Source: Mobula hypostoma
Lineage: Eukaryota
DNA: 64,000 nucleotides
Assembly: GCF_963921235.1 (NCBI RefSeq)
Contig: NC_086108.1
Location: 9,362,001-9,426,000 of the forward strand
Direction of reading: 5' to 3'
This document shows, piece after piece, positions 1 through 11,735 of this stretch. A program made the position numbers and the translations under genes. Every line of letters begins with the position of its first letter. Position 1 is the first letter of the stretch. Under the pieces are notes generated by a model. It searched no databases, was not told the DNA's origin, and was given only the letters and a program-made list of their open reading frames with translations.

Positions 1-29
1 ACATAATGCACGTAAAAGGACTTCCTGAG

Positions 30-445
30 ATCATTATCATCATCATTCTGTGCTGTGTTGTGTGACGTGGGCGATCATGGTCTTTCCGTGACCATGATTG
101 TTCTTGGCAAATCTTTCCACAGAAGTAGTTTGCCATTGCCTCCTTCTGGGCAGTGTCTTTACAAGACGGGTGACCCCCCCCCCGTAACCATTATCAGTGC
201 TCTTCAGAGACTGTCTGCCCCGCGTCAGTGGCCGCATAACAAGGGCTTGTGATATGCACCATCTGCTCATACGACCATCGCCACCCGCTCCTATAGCGCT
301 TAACATGACCCTGATTGGAGGGGGTGTTGTGTGTGGGGGGGCTAAGCAGGTGCTACACCTTGCCCAAGGGTGACCTGCAGGCTCGCGGAGTGAAGGAGTG
401 CCTTACACCTCCTTTAGTGGAGACATTCCTCCACCCTGCCATCCA
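30..445 (-). mobile_element. RTE-mobilised non-autonomous retroposon (SINE-like)
   Basis: The minus strand carries an RTE/BovB-like GGCAATGGCAAACTACTTC segment and a (GAT)n tail. Homologous copies lie at 7283-7690 (-) and 60217-60525 (+). Confidence 0.6.
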
Positions 446-572
446 CCTGAGAGTATATTTATTTAAAATTTAGATGCAAGACTATCATGAAATAAATGAA
501 GTTGAAGGCAAAAATCTGTAATGAATAAGAGATGGTAGATCCCTCTAACTTTGGGATGGGCCATTGGAATAA

Positions 573-1186
573 CACTGGACAACCATTTTTTTTCAGAAGT
601 ATTGCTTCCTTAGTAATTTTGTTTGTTTATGATAGACTTATTGAAGCTGAACACAAATATAATTTCAGACTGCTTGTACCACATAGGAGTTTGGAGAAAC
701 AAGAAGTTAACTTTTATTGTATATAATGTGTTTAATTGCATAATAGTGTTGACACTTTGTAATAGTTCAACTAAGCTAAAAATTTTTTGTTGATAATTTT
801 CATTTGTACTCAGTGTCTGAGGCTTCTCGTTTAAGTGTCAGCCAGCCTGATGATTCCAGTTACCCTGATACCATTTCTCCATGACTGCAATGTCCTGATG
901 AAACTTTTCACCATGCTCGTCACTGACAGCGCCAAGATTTGCAGGGAAGTCTAAATGGGAATGCAGAAAATGAATCTTCAGTGACAATTTGCACTTAAAG
1001 GTTTCAGATTGCATTGTAGGCAACACCTTTAAATGACTTGAATTATGAATTGACATAACAAATATAGGTGATTTCAAAAAATGGTGCATGATAGGGAAAT
1101 TTCATAGTGATTTTCATGATCAGCAGCCCAAAATTCATAAGAATCACGCAAAATTATTCAGGAAGCAAAATCCTTTTTGTCCAGTA
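573..1186 (-). mobile_element. Internally deleted Chapaev3-type (CMC) DNA transposon
   Basis: Ends CACTGGACAA...TTGTCCAGTA with TWA flanks (taa/tta). Minus-strand peptide SLKIHFLHSHLDFPANLGAVSDEHGEKFHQDIAVMEKWYQG, recalled as a Chapaev3 transposase C-terminus. Confidence 0.65.
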
Positions 1187-1195
1187 TTATTGCAC

Positions 1196-1480
1196 CATGA
1201 GTCAGCTTCTATAAAGCTCTGGTTTGACCACACTTGGAATATTGTGTTTAGTTCTGGTCGCCTCATTAATGGAAAGATGTGGAAGCTTTAGAGAGGATGC
1301 AGAGGAGATTTACCAGGATGCTGCCTGGATTAGAGGGCATGTCTTATGAGGAAAGGTTGAGTGAGTTTGGGCTTTTCTCTTTGGAATGAAAGAGGATGAG
1401 GGATGATTCGATAGAGGTATACAAAATGACTCAAGGCATTGATTGCTCCTTTTTCCCGGGGTGGAAATGGCTAATATGAA
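1196..1480 (+). mobile_element. Old CR1 LINE 3' fragment
   Basis: Degenerate RPHLEYCV.F.S / QRRFTRMLPGL segment of the CR1 RT C-terminus. Confidence 0.8.
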
Positions 1481-1481
1481 T

Positions 1482-4105
1482 CCCTCCATTGGTCAAGGTT
1501 GACCATGGATATTGCGCTCTATCTGTGTAGATACGCAAACCATGGCAGTACAATATGTAGAACAAGTCATTGCCCATGTAACAAGTTACCCCTCTCCGTG
1601 CATCTGATGAACCCAAAGGAATGGCAAAGACTGATACAGTTTGGCACCAGCAGTGTCAGAGGAGTTGCCAGTCAGTGTTGAACTCAAGGTAGGACTGCCT
1701 CAGGGACTCTAGCTTGAAATTTGTCCCTCAATGTTTACTCAAAGGTATTGTTGAAATTCCTAATTCATGATCATCAAACCCCCAAATCCACTCTCCCCGC
1801 ACAAAGAAAAGAACAAAACCAGAACGGATACACCAACCCCCAAATCCCTCATGCTGTACAAAGAAATGAGAAAAACGGAACAGGCACATCAACCCCCAAA
1901 TCTCACCTCCCGCACAAAAAAATGAACAAAAATGTAACAGACACATTGACCTTCGTATCCTCCTTCTCACAAAAAAAACAAACAAAACGGAGCAGGCACA
2001 TTGACCCTCATATCCTCCTCCCCACACAAAAAAAACAAACAAAACGGAGCAGGCACATTGACCCTCATATCCTCCTCCCCACACAAAAAAAAACAAATAA
2101 AATGGAGCAGGCATATTGACCCTCATATCCTCCTCCCCACACAAAAAAAACAAACAAAATGGAACAGGCACATTGACCCTCATATCCTCCTCCCCAGACA
2201 AAAAAAACAAACAAAACGGAGCAGGCACATTGACCCTCATATCCTCCTCCCCACACAAAAAAAAACAAATAAAATGGAGCAGGCATATTGACCCTCATAT
2301 CCTCCTCCCCACACAAAAAAAACAAACAAAACGGAGCAGGCACATTGACCCTCATATCCTCCTCCCCACACAAAAAAAACAAACAAAATGGAACAGGCAC
2401 ATTGACCCTCATATCCTCCTCCCCAGACAAAAAAAAACAAACAAAATGGAGCAGGCACATTGACCCTCATATCCTCCTCCCCACACAAAAAAAAACAAAC
2501 AAAATGGAGCAGGCACATTGACCCTCATATCCTCCTCCCCACACAAAAAAAAACAAATAAAATGGAGCAGGCATATTGACCCTCATATCCTCCTCCCCAC
2601 ACAAAAAAAACAAACAAAATGGAACAGGCACATTGACCCTCATATCCTCCTCCCCACACAAAAAAAAACAAACAAAATGGAGCAGGCACATTGACCCTCA
2701 TATCCTCCTCCCCACACAAAAAAAACAAACAAAACGGAGCAGGCACATTGACCCTCATATCCTCCTCCCCACACAAAAAAAACAAACAAAATGGAACAGG
2801 CACATTGACCCTCATATCCTCCTCCCCAGACAAAAAAAACAAACAAAACGGAGCAGGCACATTGACCCTCATATCCTCCTCCCCACACAAAAAAAAACAA
2901 ATAAAATGGAGCAGGCATATTGACCCTCATATCCTCCTCCCCACACAAAAAAAACAAACAAAACGGAGCAGGCACATTGACCCTCATATCCTCCTCCCCA
3001 CACAAAAAAAAACAAACAAAACGGAGCAGGCACATTGACCCTCATATCCTCCTCCCCACACAAAAAAAAACAAATAAAATGGAGCAGGCATATTGACCCT
3101 CATATCCTCCTCCCCACACAAAAAAAACAAACAAAACGGAGCAGGCACATTGACCCTCATATCCTCCTCCCCACACAAAAAAAACAAACAAAACGGAGCA
3201 GGCACATTGACCCTCATATCCTCCTCCCCACACAAAAAAAAACAAACAAAACGGAGCAGGCACATTGACCCTCATATCCTCCTCCCCACACAAAAAAAAA
3301 GAAAGATTGGGTGAGAAAAAAACAGCATATTATAAAGTATAAGACTGAAAAAAAAAGTTTATAGTCCAAGTCCACATCCAAAATGCAGTAAACCTGGGTA
3401 ACACTCTCCGGGCACAGCGGCAGGCTCTCCCCTCTCCGGTGCAGAGCGATCAAGTGGCAGGCAGCCGGCACTCACCCTCCACACTCACCTTGGTGTTTCA
3501 GTCTCCCTTAATGCTTTAATCTGTGAAATAAAACATCGGTTCACACCCCATCCTGCAGCCTGCCTGCTACGAAGTTCATTCACACTGCTTCTGCCTCCCA
3601 GAATCTTCTCGGAGACTGCAGAGTGCCAAACGATCTCCAAACTGTAAATGACAGGCTCCAACAGTTCCAGAATCACACCCAAGAAGAAAAAACAAATATA
3701 AAAGGCATAAAAGAAGTGAAATATATGGTTTCATGATCTACCCAGAAGATGTCAACCGAAGGAGCGTTGTATGCAGGCGCCATCTCTCCCAAAGGCTCTC
3801 CCCACGAGTGGGTATAGCAACAAGGCAGTGGAGGTTTGAGATCAGAATTTTCCTTCTCTTAGGTGTGCTGCCAACCACAGCTGATGAGCCCCATCTGCCT
3901 GAATCAATTGGTTTCAAGGTGCCAGTAACCTGCCTTTACCTGTCAGTAGAAACAGTTCTGCCGAGCTTGGTAGCTAAGCCACACGTAAAGCCCAGGAGCC
4001 GGACTTGGTTGTCAGAGGCTATTTGAAGCACATGCCTTTGGGAGCATTAAATAGAGAGTGGGAGCTTGTCCCCATTACTACCCCTGGCTACAACAACCTT
4101 CAAGA
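1482..4105. mobile_element. RTE-type short element split by a nested non-autonomous retroposon (about 1750-3790)
   Basis: 1482-1745 and 3790-4105 read as two halves of one repeat, with caaagg at both junctions. The insert is homologous to 9785-10210 and has an AGATGGCG 5' end on the minus strand (about 3785). Confidence 0.5.
1942..3300. repeat. Minisatellite, 57-58 bp unit, about 24 copies
   Basis: Unit TTGACCCTCATATCCTCCTCCCCACAC(A)8-9CAAACAAAACGGAGCAGGCACA starts at 2001, 2058, 2116, 2173 ... 3265. About three older degenerate units precede it from about 1770. Confidence 0.97.
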
Positions 4106-4225
4106 ACAGGTTTATATGCGAGCACATAAGGTTATTGAAGAAAGTGTAAGGAGGTAGATTTTTTAAAAAACACAAAGACATGGAATGCGCTCTCAGTGGA
4201 ACCGGTAGAGGCAAATACATTAGAA

Positions 4226-4306
4226 CAGGAATTCACAGCATTTTTTATGTCATGGACTCCCTACCATTAATCGAGGGGTCTATGGATCCCAGGTGAGGAA
4301 CCCCTG
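4226..4306. mobile_element. 81-bp hAT/Charlie-like MITE
   Basis: CAGG...CCCCTG ends with an 8-bp TSD cattagaa/cattagag. Related copies at 12512-12591 and, inverted, at 12968-13049. Confidence 0.65.
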
Positions 4307-4364
4307 CATTAGAGAGATTTAAAAGACTCACAGGTGGGCATATGGATAAAAGGAAGGTTAAGAT

Positions 4365-4850
4365 TGAACTTACTTACTTTCCATTACCCGGCTGGAGTTT
4401 ATGGCAGCAATGAAGGTTCTCCATCTCTGGTGGTGTTCAGAGCTTCCTTCACCATGTCAGTAGCTTCCTCTCGGTTTTCACTACTGTCAGTCATACAAGT
4501 CCGAGGTGGAGACTCAGGAAAACCATCACACTCAGATGTAGAAGGATTCTTCATTGCTGTTTCTGTAACAAATTTGTTTGACCAGTCAGGGTTGTTAGCC
4601 CTGAGCTGAACCCCCAACCCCGGACGACCAGTGGACTATTTATTCATTTCCATAGAGGCTGCAGGACCTGTTGAGTTTCTTCAGCATTTTGTGTATGTTG
4701 TGTCTTCCACCCTCTACCCACCACCTGGTTTGGCATGAGTGACCCTACCAAGAGCCAAAGCATAAAGCATTGACTCCAGCCAGTATAGCTCTCTGGGTCA
4801 TTGAGGTACACAAACCTACAAACCAGACATTATGGTTATCTTGGAAGATA
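4365..4850 (-). mobile_element. RTE (Rex3/Expander-like) non-autonomous element
   Basis: Leader with GGTAGGGTCACTCATGCCAAAC and a (TAAG)n tail. A second copy lies at 8270-8685. Confidence 0.55.
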
Positions 4851-5194
4851 CTGGCCTTAGAATGGAACATCATTGTGGGCTGAAAGTCCTCTTCTGTGCT
4901 ATGAGTCACAATCATACCCTAACTAATTTCTAACTCAGCATGCTTCAGGAGCAAGTCCCAGCTCCCTTCTGATGGCTACAACCCGTTTTTGCTCAGGAGA
5001 GTGAATGGACATAGCACGATTACTGCTTTGAAATGGCCTGGTATTATTTCTAAAGAGGCCTGAGTCATTTGAAGCAGATTCCTTCATCTGATACTTTCAT
5101 GGTGGACTTAACCTTTTCAAAATAATTAATGGAGTAATTGGTATTACATGAATTAATACACCACACTTTCCGACTTCACGTTACTTTCTTGCAG

Positions 5195-5270
5195 GCTGCT
5201 CTGGATATGTTGCTAATGAAGGATGCCAGGAGGGATCCTACACATCCTCTGGGAAATTACCACTATACAG
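5195..5270 (+). CDS. ZNF541: ZNF541-like coding exon (ELM2-SANT linker), AALDMLLMKDARRDPTHPLGNYHYT-G
   Basis: ttcttgcag acceptor and gtaaaa donor; 76 nt, phase 0 to 1. Matches the HPLxxYxYxG motif of the ZNF541/TRERF1/MIDEAS family. Upstream exons lie outside the window. Confidence 0.85.
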
Positions 5271-5369
5271 GTAAAATCACAATGACAAAAGTTTTAGCGC
5301 TAAAGTGGTCCACTGCTCCAGTGCTGATACAAAGAGGGTCATATACTTTGATAATATATATTTTTTATT

Positions 5370-5615
5370 TTATTGAGATACAGCGCAGAATAGGTCCTTC
5401 TGGCCCAGCAATCCCCCAATTTAACCCTAGCCTAATCATGGGACAGTTTACAATGACCAATTAACTTACCAACCAGTTGGTCTTTGGACTGTGAGAGGAA
5501 ACTGGAGCACCCGGAGAAAACTCACATGGTCACGTAAAACTCCTTACAGGCTGTGGTGGGAATCGAACTCTGTACTGTAAGGCATTGTGCTAACCACTAC
5601 GCTCCATGCCACCCC
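5370..5615 (-). mobile_element. tRNA-derived V-SINE (HE1-like)
   Basis: tRNA-like head GCGTAGTGGTTAGCAC...GTTCGATTCC and core CCGGGTGCTCCAGTTTCCTC. Other copies at about 7725-7985, 13825-14105, 14240-14505, 21170-21430, 21466-21700, 26490-26650, 35220-35475, 48590-48850, 49230-49490 and 63700-63900. Confidence 0.75.
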
Positions 5616-6064
5616 TATTTAATATCTAAAAAAAACTCTGGGAATTTAATTTGTTATGAGTCAGAGGTAGTAAGAGAAAAGCCTTCAACCTTCTGCTGAA
5701 AATAATTGATATTTTACTGAGGGACTGTTGGGAAGGTATAAGCATAAGCTGTGGTCCTTGTGCCAGAAGTGCCCTGTGGTTTCCCTTGGCCTAGTTCTTT
5801 GAAGGGAGGCTCTGCATTTGTACTGCATACAGAACCTGAGGTATCATAGTGCACAGACTCTCTGGGTCTGTCCCCTGCAACCATCCACCCCATGAAGGGT
5901 GTAGAGAAAAGGTTGGGAAGAGGATAGGAGATGGCAAGCGTTTGCTGATCAATAGTAAGGATTTTTTAAAAAAAGTAACCTACCTAGAAGAGCACAGATT
6001 TTTGTTCACTCTTTGACAGTAAACTCATTTGGTCAGACCAAATTTACTGAGTCAGAGAAGATCT

Positions 6065-6780
6065 CACCCCTTGGGTAACACTTCACCTACAAAATCTGCT
6101 GAGGTCATCTATTGTGTCCAATGTGCCTACTCTACATTGGTGAGACCCATTGTAAATTGGGGGACTGCTTCATCTATCACCTCCTCCAAAAGCGGAACTT
6201 CCCAGTGGCCAAACCTTTTAATTTCCGTCCCCTTTCCAGTTATGACATGTTTGTCCACGGCCTTTACTTGTGCCAGGATGGGGCCACCCTCGGGGTGGAG
6301 AAGCAACACCTTTTATTGAGGGCATGAATATCAATTTTTCCTTCCGATAAATAAAAATTCCCTCCCCTTCCCCCTTTCTATATTCCCTACTCTGTCCTCT
6401 TACCTCTTCTCACCTACCTATCACCTCCCTCTGGGTCCACTCCTCCGCTCCTTTCTCCTTTTTCCTGTTGTCCACTCTCCTCTCCTATCAGATTCCTTCT
6501 TCAGCCCTTTACCTTTCCCGCCCACCTGGCTTCATCTATCACCTTCTAACTATCCTCCTTCCCCTGGCCCCACATTTTTTTATTCTGGGGTCTTCCCCCT
6601 TCCTTCTCAGTCCTGAAGAAGGGTCTCAACCTGAAACGCTGACTGTTTATTCTGGGGTCTTCCCCCTTCCTTTCTCAGTCCTGAAGAAAGGTCTCAACCT
6701 GAAACGCTGACTGTTTATTCATTTCCATAGAGGCTGCTGGACCTGCTGAGTTCCTCCAGCATTTTATGTGTGTTGTCTTG
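6065..6780 (+). mobile_element. Penelope-like element 3' remnant (GIY-YIG C-terminus plus pseudo-LTR)
   Basis: Frameshifted VIYCVQC / LLYIGETHCKLGDCF GIY-YIG motifs, a pyrimidine-rich spacer, then a duplicated CTGAAGAAGGGTCTCAACCTGAAACG motif. Confidence 0.8.
6608..6713 (+). ncRNA. Tandem pair of degenerate minimal hammerhead-ribozyme motifs
   Basis: 6608-6645 and 6676-6713 read CAGTC-CTGAAGA-A-RGGT-CTCA-ACCT-GAAA-CGCT-GACTG. Stem I is CAGTC/GACTG and the core boxes are intact, but the cleavage triplet is mutated. Confidence 0.65.
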
Positions 6781-7282
6781 GGATTGGGTCCTGTTTAAAT
6801 GTCACTAAGAGTCTGTTTTTTTTTTGTATTTTGAAGGAGACAGTATGGTAACAGGCCCCTCCAGCCCAACGAGCTGTAAGAGTAAATTCTGTAAGTGAAT
6901 GTTGTACATGGGTTTAGTGCAGAATCTTGGCCACCACCCCCCCCCATACGCTAAAATGAAGTGTTGACAACTGTCTTAGCAACTGTTCTACTCAGCCATG
7001 ACAAACCAGTGAACAAAGACACCATGCACATCCTCTTTCTGGTAGATCTTCCACACTGCTTCTGATAAAAGTTTAATAGTGGATCAGAAAGGATGGGCTT
7101 TTTATCAAACTATGTGCAAGAACTCAAAAGGAAGAAACAGAGGAAAGGTGCACGTAAGGAATGCGCTGTGGAAGAGCCTGGTAGCTCATTCAGTAAAGCA
7201 TAAGACTTTTAATCTGCCGATTTGGAATTTGAGGATTAATTTTCTTATGGTCTTTTCTGGAGTTGAAAAGTTTTTGATTAGT

Positions 7283-7690
7283 CGTCATCATCATCATTAT
7301 GTGCCATGTCATTTGACATTGACGATCATGGTCTCATGACCATGATTGTTATTGACAAATTTTTCTACAGAAGTGGTTTGCCATTGCCTTCTTCTGGGCA
7401 GTGTCTTCACAAGATGAGTGATTCCCCCCCCCCCACCTAACCATCATCAATCCTCTTCAGATATTGTCTGCTTGGCATCAGCGGTCATATAACCAGGACT
7501 TGTGATGTGCACCAGCTGCTTATATGACCATCCCCACATTCTCCCATAGCTTCACGTGACTCTGATCAGTGGGGGGGGGAGGGGGGGGTGCTAAGCAGAT
7601 GCTACACCTTGCCCAAGGATAACCTGCAGGCTAGTGGAGGGAAGGAGTGCTTTACACATGCTTCGGTAGAGATATATCTCCACCCCGCCA
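7283..7690 (-). mobile_element. RTE-mobilised SINE-like element
   Basis: Homologous to 30-445. Confidence 0.6.
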
Positions 7691-8269
7691 CTTGATTAAG
7701 TATGGGCGTCAATGGTTATGGGGTAGGGCCACCATTGTAGCATGGCAGCGTGACGTTATTACAACTCAGGGCGTCAGAGTTCAATGTAAAGTTTGTATGT
7801 TCTTCTCATCACTGTATAGGTCTCCTCTGGGTGTTCCAGTTTCCTCCCACAGTACAAAGACATGTGGGTTAGTAAGTTAATTGGTCATTGTAAATTGTCC
7901 CATGATTAGGCTAGGGTTAAATCAGTGGGTTGATGGGCTGGAATGGCCTGTTCCCACGCCATACCTCTAAATGAACAAATAAGATGGGGTTGAGAGGGAT
8001 AATGGTATGATGAGGGCTGTGATGGAATGACAGAGCAGACTCGATGGACTGAATGGCCTAATTCTGCTCCTATGCCATACAGTAGTAGCAAAGTGAATCA
8101 GTTTGAGTGAGATTTTATGAGCACCTCAGATAGACTGATGATGCCAGTTCTCATAACAGTATGCAATAATTTATCCAGTATTCTAAAGGGGCGTGCACAA
8201 GAGGCAGCAGTCCAGTTCCACATGGCTATGGGGAGAAGACAGCACAACGGGGTCGAGAAAAGTATATAC

Positions 8270-8685
8270 AGCCCATTACGCCACTGGCATTTAGGACAGT
8301 AATGAAGGTCCTCTGTCTCTGGCGGTGTTCAGGGCTTCCTTCATTGTGTCAGTAGCTTCCCCTTGGTTTTCACTACTGTCAGTCACTTAAGTCCCGGGTG
8401 AAGACTCTAGAATACCATTGCACTCAGATGTAGAAGGACTTTTCATTGCTGTTTCCATAACAGTTTTGCTTTACCAGTCAGGGTTGTTAGCCCTGTGCTG
8501 AACCTCCGGACCTGAAGGACTGGTGGACCACTCTTAGTCTGGCCTCCATCCTTTGACCTGTTTGGCATGGGTGACCCTACTAAGAACCAAAGCACAAAGC
8601 CCTGACTCCAGCCAACATAGCTCCCCATGTCATTGAGACACACTAGCCTCCAAACTATGACAAGGTTGTGGTCCTCTTGGAGGAA
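8270..8685 (-). mobile_element. RTE (Rex3/Expander-like) non-autonomous element
   Basis: Homologous to 4365-4850. Confidence 0.55.
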
Positions 8686-8715
8686 TGGGGTTCAGAGTGA
8701 AAATAAATCGGCCAT

Positions 8716-9400
8716 AAATGGTAAGACTCTTGGCAGTGTAGAGGATCAGAGGGATCTTGGGGTCTGAGTCCATAGGACACTCAAAGCTGCTGCGCAGGTT
8801 GACTCATTGAGTTTAAGAGCCGAGAGGTAATGTTACAGCTATATAAGATCCTTGTCAGAATCCACTTAAAGTGGTTCAGTTCTGGTCATCTCACTACAAG
8901 AAGGATGTGGAAGCTATAGAAAGGGTGCAGAGGAGATTTACAAGGATGTTGCCTGGATTGGGGAGCATGCCTTATGAGAATAGGTTGAGTGAACTCAGCC
9001 TTTTTTCCTTGGAGCAACGGAGGATGAGAGGTGACCTGATAGAGGTGTATAAGATGATAAGAGGCATTGATCGTGTGGATAGTCAGAGGCTTTTTTCCAG
9101 GGCTGAAATGGCGAAAACAAGGAGATACAGTTTTAAGGTGGTTGGAAGTAGGTACAAAGGATATGTCGGGGTTAAGTTTTTTACGCAGAGAATAGTGAGA
9201 TGTGTGGAATGGGCTGCCAGTAACAGTGGTGGAGGCGGATATGATAGGGTCTTTTAAGAGACTCCTGGATAGGTACATGGAGCTTAGAAAAATAGAGGGC
9301 TGTGGGTAATCCTAGGTAATTTCTAAAGTAAGTACATGTTCGGCACAGCTTTGTGCGCCGAAGGGCTTGTATTGTGCTGTAGGCTTTCTAAGTTTCTATA
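8716..9400 (+). mobile_element. CR1 LINE 3' fragment
   Basis: ORF 8871-9257 VQFWSSHYKKDVEAIERVQRRFTRMLPG...RGDLIEVYK, followed by a TTTCTA-type tail. Confidence 0.85.
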
Positions 9401-9539
9401 ATCGAATGGTGGAGCAGGCTTGATAGGCTGAATGCCCAATTTTGCTCCTATGTCTTAAAGTCTTCACACCTGTTGCAGACTAGTTGTACATATAATTCTT
9501 GTGATGTTGTGAGTTTTTCAGCATGCATTTTCAATCTAG

Positions 9540-9628
9540 GGACTGAGAAGTGGACTGCAGCAGAGAAAAAGATGTTCAATAAAGCAATTTGCCTTCATAG
9601 GAAGGACTTCTTCCTGATGCAGAAGATG
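9540..9628 (+). CDS. ZNF541: ZNF541-like coding exon (SANT helices 1-2), G-TEKWTAAEKKMFNKAICLHRKDFFLMQKM
   Basis: tctag acceptor and gtaagt donor; 89 nt, phase 1 to 0, in frame with the neighbouring exons. SANT signature WT..E...F..A...H.KDF. Not in the ORF track. Confidence 0.9.
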
Positions 9629-9784
9629 GTAAGTGATAGGTAGCAGGTCCACGATTAAAAAGTTAAAAATTCTGTAACTTTGGCCAAAATAAGTGCTGTG
9701 TATAGTATTCTGAATCAGGTTTATGTTCACTGACATACATCATGCAATTTGGAATTTGTAGCTGCAGTACCGTGCAAGAAAAGG

Positions 9785-10210
9785 TTAAAATTCATTTATT
9801 ATCCAAGTGTACAACTCTGAAATTCTTCTCCAAATAGCTACAAAACCAAGAAATGAACGGCAGCACAATCATCAACCCCCAGATCACTTCTCTCCGCACA
9901 AAGAACGAACAAAAACGAAATAGGCATATCGACCTCCACATCCCCCTCCCTCACACCCAAAAAAACTGGGAAGGATTGGACAAAAAAACACGTAATATAA
10001 TAACTATAAGTCTGAGAAAAAAGTTTATGGTCCAAGTCCATGTCCAAAATGCAGAAAACTTGGATAACATTCTCCGGACACAGTGGCAGGCCTTTCCCTG
10101 TCCATAGCAGAGTGATCCCATCAGCAATCAAAAGGCTGTCTCCCCTCTCCATAGCAGAGCAATCCCATCAACGATGAACAGGCAGTCTCCCCTCTCCATA
10201 ACGGAGCATT
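9785..10210 (-). mobile_element. Non-autonomous retroposon of the family hosting the minisatellite
   Basis: Matches 3290-3430 and holds unexpanded minisatellite-like units, plus a 47-bp duplication at 10101-10200. Relatives at about 12020-12300, 17390-17740, 26655-27230, 29420-29850, 35810-36430 and 57100-57320. Confidence 0.6.
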
Positions 10211-10380
10211 TCATCAGTGTTGAAAAGGTTTGGCTTATTGTTTTCTCTGCACAGTGACATCCCAGCACTGCAGTACTCCCTGAGTAATTCCTGGGCAGAG
10301 AGCAGCCTGTCATAGATCTGGCTCCATTTTTATTCCTCTCCTTGTTTTTCATTATCCTCAATTGTGATCAGTACTGAATA

Positions 10381-11735
10381 CACTGGCAACAAATTTTTTC
10401 CAAAGTGTTCCTTCCTCAGAATTTTTTTGTTTATAATAGACCACTTGAAGCTGAACACAAACATAATTTCAGACTACTTGTATCACATAAGAATTTGGAG
10501 AAACAAGAAATTAACTTTTATTGAATATAGAAGAGAGTCAGAATCAGGTTTTTTATCACCGGCATGTGACATGAAATTTGTTAACTTAGCAGCAGCAGTT
10601 CAGTGCGATACATAATCCAGCAGAGAGAGAGAGAAAAAAAAAACATAAAACATAATAATAAAGAAACAAGTAAATCAATTACATGTATTGAATAAATTTT
10701 TTTAAATGTGCAAGAAACAGAAATATTGTATATTTTAAAAAAAGTGAGGTGGTGTCCAAAGCTTCAATGTCCATTTAGGAATTGGAAGAAGCTGTTCCTG
10801 AATCGCTAAGTGTGTGCCTTCAGGCTTCTGTATCTTCTAGCTGATGGTAATAGTGAGAAAAGGGTATATCCTGGGTGCTGGACGTCAATAATGGACGCTG
10901 CCTTTCTGAGACACTGCTCCCTAAAGATGTCCTGGGTATTCTGTAGGCTAGTGCCCAAGATGGAGCTGACTAGATTTACAACCTTCTGCAGCTTCTTTTG
11001 GTCCTGTGCAGTAGCCCCTCCATACCAGACAGTGATGCCGCCTGTCAGAATGCTCTCCACGATACAACTATAGAAGTTTTTGAGTGTATTTAATTGCATA
11101 ACAGTGCTGACGCTTTGCAGTAGTTCAACTAAGCTAAAAATGTTTTGTTGATGATTTTCATTTGTTCTCTGTCTGGGGCTTCTCTCTTAAGTGTCCAACA
11201 ATAATCAGCCAGCATTGATGGATTCCATTTGCCCTGACACCGTTTCTCCATGACCGCGATATCTTGGTGAAATCTTTCACCATACTTGTCACTGACAGCA
11301 CCAAAATTTGTAGGGAAGAAGTCTAAATGGGAGTGTAGAAAATGAATCTTTAGTGACATGTTGCACTTCATGGTTTTTTATGCTTGAAACATGTTGTCAA
11401 CCTGCTCCATGTAGTTTGATGTTCTGTAGTTGCCAAGAAAACTTTCAACAACATCCTTGAATGCCTTCCATACAATTTTCTCTGGTCCCATGAGAAGTTC
11501 TTTGAATTGCCTGTCATTGATGACCTGTTTGATTTGTGAACCAACAGAAACACCTTCCTTAATCTTGGCATCAGTTATTCTGACTTGAATTATGAATTGA
11601 AATAACAAATATAGGTGATTTTTAATAAAAATGGTGCGTGATAGGGAAATTTCATGGTGATTTTCATGATCAGCAGCACAAAAATCCATGATACACACAA
11701 AAGTATTCAGGAAGCAAAATATTTGTTGATCAGTG
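10381..11735 (-). mobile_element. Chapaev3-type DNA transposon derivative with a nested Rex1-like fragment (about 10530-11083)
   Basis: Ends CACTGGCAACAAA...TTTGTTGATCAGTG. Peptides AKIKEGVSVGSQIKQVINDRQF and MSLKIHFLHSHLDFFPTNFGAVSDKYGERFHQDI...MLADYCW. Colinear with 573-1186 on both sides of the insert. Confidence 0.7.

Noticed and set aside
1721..3471. Many overlapping repetitive ORFs and a CRISPR-like periodicity
   Set aside because: The ORFs are translations of the minisatellite. The units are contiguous with no unique spacers, there are no cas genes, and the context is eukaryotic.
3876..3910. CTGATGAG as a hammerhead core
   Set aside because: No stem II followed by GAAA. It is part of an RTE-type repeat.
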